In this document: in pieces, positions 58,225-60,718 of the stretch
Layout of the letters: the number at the start of each line of letters is the position of its first letter
Position numbering within the stretch: position 1 is the stretch's first letter
DNA from: an uncultured Coriobacteriaceae bacterium
GTDB lineage: Bacteria > Actinomycetota > Coriobacteriia > Anaerosomatales > CAZWGV01
DNA: 60,718 nucleotides
Assembly (NCBI GenBank): GCA_964633595.1
Contig: CAZWGV010000003.1
Coordinates: forward strand, 1 to 60,718
Reading direction: 5' to 3'
Position numbers and translations under genes: made by a program
The notes under the pieces: generated by a model
Told to the model about the DNA's origin: nothing
What the model saw: the letters and a program-made list of their open reading frames with translations, nothing else
Database searches by the model: none

Positions 58225-58392
58225 CTCACACCTCCACTTGCACGGGGTGCTCTCGGCGAGAGTGGCACAGCAACATCGTGGAGAACGGGGGGCACTAGCG
58301 CCCACCCGCCGTGATGCTGACCCCGCATTACCGGGATCGTCCTGTCGGTCGCGGTCGAACCGCCTCTCAGCCGCGCTTGCAGCTCCCGATAC
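58225..58392 (-). promoter_or_regulatory. TPP (THI-box) riboswitch with expression platform, controlling thiT-thiN
   Basis: Minus strand reads GGGAGCUGCAAGCGCGGCUGAGAGGCGGUUCGACCGCGACCGACAGGACGAUCCCGGUAAUGCGGGGUCAGCA. It contains the conserved CUGAGA and ACC...GAUC.GG.UAAUGC. cores. Downstream, CUCCAC can pair with the GUGGAG of the SD. Confidence 0.75.
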
Positions 58393-58502
58393 GGCTATGA
58401 CTCGGCCATCTTGCCACACAGCGACAGGGTGGCGCAAACGCCGGGTGTGACGGGCTCGTGGCGGCACAGGAGGGTCGGTGACGGCGGTCAAGGCCGAGGA
58501 CG

Positions 58503-59561
58503 TTACTCCGACGACCTCAGATAGCCGTAGGGGTTGACGGCGGAGCCTCCACCCGGGTGAGCCTCGAAGTGCAAGTGGGGTGCGCCACCCCTGGCATTGC
58601 CGGTGCTGCCCACGTACCCGATGATCTGGCCTCGCGAAACGCGCCCCGACCTCACCGCCCACGAGTCCAGGTGCGCGTAGAAGTACGTCCAGCCGTTGTC
58701 GCCATGCAGCCAGATGCTCTTCCCGCCGAGTCCGCTCACGGACGCCGACACCGACCCGGAGATCACAGCCACCACCGGGGTGCCCCGGGCTGCCATGATG
58801 TCGGTTCCCTGGTGACGTCGCCTTCCGCCGCTTCGCGACGCACCCCAGGTGTCGCTGTAGTAGTTGACACCGGCAACCGGGAAGGCCATCCTCCCTCCGC
58901 TTCGCGGCGCGGAACTGCGCACCGCAGCTCGTACCGACGGGGATACTCGGGCCAGCACTCGCTCATACTCGGCCTGCTTGCGCTGGAGCCGGTCGCGGAG
59001 GTAGTTGCGCTCCTTGCGGAGTCGGCCCAAAGCCGCGTCCCGCTCCTTCTGCTCTTCGAGGAGCGCCTTGCGCTCGGCCCTCAACGTCGCGCCCAACTTC
59101 GCCACCCGGCGGACCGCATCCGCGTCCGCCTCTCCAACACGTCGCATGAACTCCAGTCGTGTGAGCATCTCGTCGAAGGTGGCGCTCCCCAGCAGGACGG
59201 ACAGGTAGTCCACTCCCCCACCGAGTCTGTAGATGCTGACGATGCGCTGGCCGAGAACCCCGCGCGCCGCAACGAGTTGCTTCGTTGTCAGGGCGATCTT
59301 CCTGTCGGTGTCGTCTACGTGCCGCTGCGTGTCCGCATGTCGCCAGTACGCCTTGTCGTATGCAGCGCCCGCCTTGCGAACGTCCGCCCTCAACTCCTCC
59401 AGCTGCGACCGGATCCGCTCGGCCTCGGACGCACTGGCAGGGACAGGCGGGAGGGTCACCCACAACGCCAGCGCTACGGCGATCACCGCCCGGATGAGAG
59501 CGACTTGGGCTAGTGGTCGTGATCGGCCGACAAGGAGCAACCCTGTCTCATCGGCGGCCAT
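58503..59561 (-). CDS. coiled-coil M23 family metallopeptidase (murein endopeptidase, EnvC/PcsB-like architecture)
   Basis: Signal/TM segment, a coiled coil of about 200 aa, then an M23 domain with intact HQGTD and HLHFE zinc/catalytic motifs. The ATG at 59561 has GGGGA upstream and overlaps the upstream gene by 14 nt. Confidence 0.88.
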   Translation of the reverse strand: MAADETGLLLVGRSRPLAQVALIRAVIAVALALWVTLPPVPASASEAERIRSQLEELRADVRKAGAAYDKAYWRHADTQRHVDDTDRKIALTTKQLVAARGVLGQRIVSIYRLGGGVDYLSVLLGSATFDEMLTRLEFMRRVGEADADAVRRVAKLGATLRAERKALLEEQKERDAALGRLRKERNYLRDRLQRKQAEYERVLARVSPSVRAAVRSSAPRSGGRMAFPVAGVNYYSDTWGASRSGGRRRHQGTDIMAARGTPVVAVISGSVSASVSGLGGKSIWLHGDNGWTYFYAHLDSWAVRSGRVSRGQIIGYVGSTGNARGGAPHLHFEAHPGGGSAVNPYGYLRSSE

Positions 59562-60621
59562 AGGTATCCCCGAGGGACAGGTAGAGTGCTCTAGCGACCG
59601 AGTCGGCCCACCGAGGGTCGGCCATGGTCCTTCTGTCGTCCGGTGATGCACCCGATCCCAACCTCACGCGCACCGTCGGAGCGTTGACCTGTGCCAGGAC
59701 CGCGTCCGGTCTTGCTTGCACGCGGGGGAAGGTCGGGGCCGCACCTCTTAGGGCCTCTACGGCTCTCGCGGCGAGCGCCTCGGTTCCGCGGGGCCCCTCC
59801 ACGACGATGCCCTTGGCGATGGTCTCCACGGCGAGACCTTCGGCACCCGTATCGGCGATGAACAGCCCTACCGCAGCGGTAACGGAGGGTTCGCTGGCAC
59901 GGTCTCTCCTGGCCGCTGGCGATGTGTCAGTATCGGCGACCGAGCGCGTCACGACCACGTCCGCACCCGATGCCCCCAGGAGTGCCCGGAGCTTGCGCGC
60001 GACCTCCAGGGCAGCATCGCTGACGCCCTCGGGCGTCGGTGCCGGGTCGAGGACGAAGACGGTGTCCGCGAGGTTGAAGGGCACCAGGATGCCCTCCGTG
60101 GTCTCTCCGGAAGAGACCGTCAGCCGGACCAGCTCACCGGTGCGCACCCTTTGGCCCGGTGAGGGGATGCTCGACAGTACAGTCCCGGTCGGCTCGCTCG
60201 AGTTGACTCGATCCGTGCGAACGGTGAGACCGGAACTCCTGAGCAGCGCCTCTGCCTCGTCGAGCTGCATGCCCACGACATCCGGCACATTCGACTCCTG
60301 CGAACCTGCGGAGAGCACGACAACAACGGCCGTTCGGGGCTCCACGACGCTGCCCGGACGCGGGCTCTGTTCCAGCACGTAACCTCTTGGGACGCTTCCC
60401 GAGAGACGCACGTCGCCCTTCTTCATCAGCAATCCCGCTTGCGCGAGTCTGCTCCGGGCCACGGGCGCATCCAGCCCCGCGACACTCGGTACGCTCACAG
60501 AATCTCTGCTTCCCGAGCTGCGGCTAGAGACGAAGATCGCGACCGCTACGACGACGACGGAGACGACCGTCGGGAGCAGCCACGTCGGCATGAGCATTGC
60601 TCGACGTCGACGTCGTTCCAT
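59548..60621 (-). CDS. membrane-anchored PASTA-PASTA protein with a C-terminal Amidase_3-like domain lacking the canonical zinc-ligand histidines
   Basis: N-terminal TM, two PASTA repeats (VPSVAGLDAPVARSRLAQAGL..., VPDVVGMQLDEAEALLRSSGL...), and a C-terminus colinear with MurNAc-LAA. However, it has DPAPTPEG in place of DPGHGG and FIADTG in place of SIHAN. Confidence 0.78.
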   Translation of the reverse strand: MERRRRRAMLMPTWLLPTVVSVVVVAVAIFVSSRSSGSRDSVSVPSVAGLDAPVARSRLAQAGLLMKKGDVRLSGSVPRGYVLEQSPRPGSVVEPRTAVVVVLSAGSQESNVPDVVGMQLDEAEALLRSSGLTVRTDRVNSSEPTGTVLSSIPSPGQRVRTGELVRLTVSSGETTEGILVPFNLADTVFVLDPAPTPEGVSDAALEVARKLRALLGASGADVVVTRSVADTDTSPAARRDRASEPSVTAAVGLFIADTGAEGLAVETIAKGIVVEGPRGTEALAARAVEALRGAAPTFPRVQARPDAVLAQVNAPTVRVRLGSGASPDDRRTMADPRWADSVARALYLSLGDTYGRR

Positions 60622-60629
60622 GGCTGGAC

Positions 60630-60638
60630 AGTATACCA
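60630..60638 (-). promoter_or_regulatory. extended -10 promoter positioned for a leaderless or near-leaderless transcript of the PASTA gene
   Basis: Minus strand reads TGgTATACT followed by 8 nt (GTCCAGCC) and then the ATG at 60621. No SD is present. Confidence 0.45.
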
Positions 60639-60654
60639 GCGGACCGCGTGCCGC

Positions 60655-60718
60655 CTTGCCGCAGTGCGTACAGGTCGAGCACGCGGCCGGCCTTGGCCTC
60701 GAAGTCCGGGTCGCGCGG
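60655..60718 (-). pseudogene. fragment of an IS630-family transposase gene, cut by the window edge and apparently truncated at its 3' side
   Basis: Minus-strand translation from 60718 reads PRDPDFEAKAGRVLDLYA, matching the conserved S/K-DPDF..K...ILDLY block of IS630/Tc1-type transposases. Similarity is lost after LDLYA. Confidence 0.5.

Overview
This is a visibly high-G+C chromosomal core region of a Gram-positive-type bacterium. Gene content and order look actinobacterial, possibly Coriobacteriia-like; that placement is inference only. I can support about 60 protein genes. All but rpmB lie on the minus strand, and many are joined by 1-4 nt ATGA/GTGA start/stop overlaps.

Reading the minus strand from high to low coordinates, the order is: PASTA/pseudo-amidase, M23 peptidase | TPP riboswitch-thiT-thiN | GAF/HD-GYP | (rpmB on +) | asp23-fakA(yloV)-degV-recG-rsmD-coaD-coiled-coil-yceD-rpmF-plsX-fabH-fabK-fabD-fabG-acpP-fabK'-fabF-rnc | smc-ftsY-lepB2 | ffh | rpsP-KH-rimM-trmD | rplS-lepB-rnhB-yraN-comM-dprA | trmFO-xerC-sigma(WhiG/FliA)-REC/Zn-ribbon | rpsB-tsf-pyrH-frr-uppS-cdsA-dxr-rseP-ispG | proS | rimP-nusA-ylxR-infB-rbfA-nrnA-truB-ribF-rpsO-pnp. 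Both window edges carry insertion-sequence remnants: an IS1182/IS5-like 3' end at 1-188 and an IS630-like fragment at about 60655-60718.

I found no rRNA, tRNA, CRISPR array, prophage or recognisable defence island. One RNA element is well supported, a TPP riboswitch ahead of thiT-thiN. Several sigma70-type promoters and one leader terminator ahead of rimP-nusA can be read directly. Many ORF-track N-termini are over-extended and were trimmed using family N-termini, Shine-Dalgarno spacing and stop/start coupling. All long plus-strand ORFs are antisense shadows typical of high-GC DNA.

No clear-cut novel system is evident. The best candidates for something undescribed are:
1. A minimal sigma-WhiG/FliA plus REC-zinc-ribbon module, sitting where Bacillus carries the fla/che operon.
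2. An active coiled-coil M23 peptidase paired with a PASTA-PASTA protein whose Amidase_3-like domain appears to have lost its zinc-binding histidines.
3. A CCCH zinc-knuckle-like tail on NusA.
4. A second Cys-cluster-bearing NMO/FabK paralogue inside the fab operon.

All homology calls were made by eye from the translations. No searches were run.
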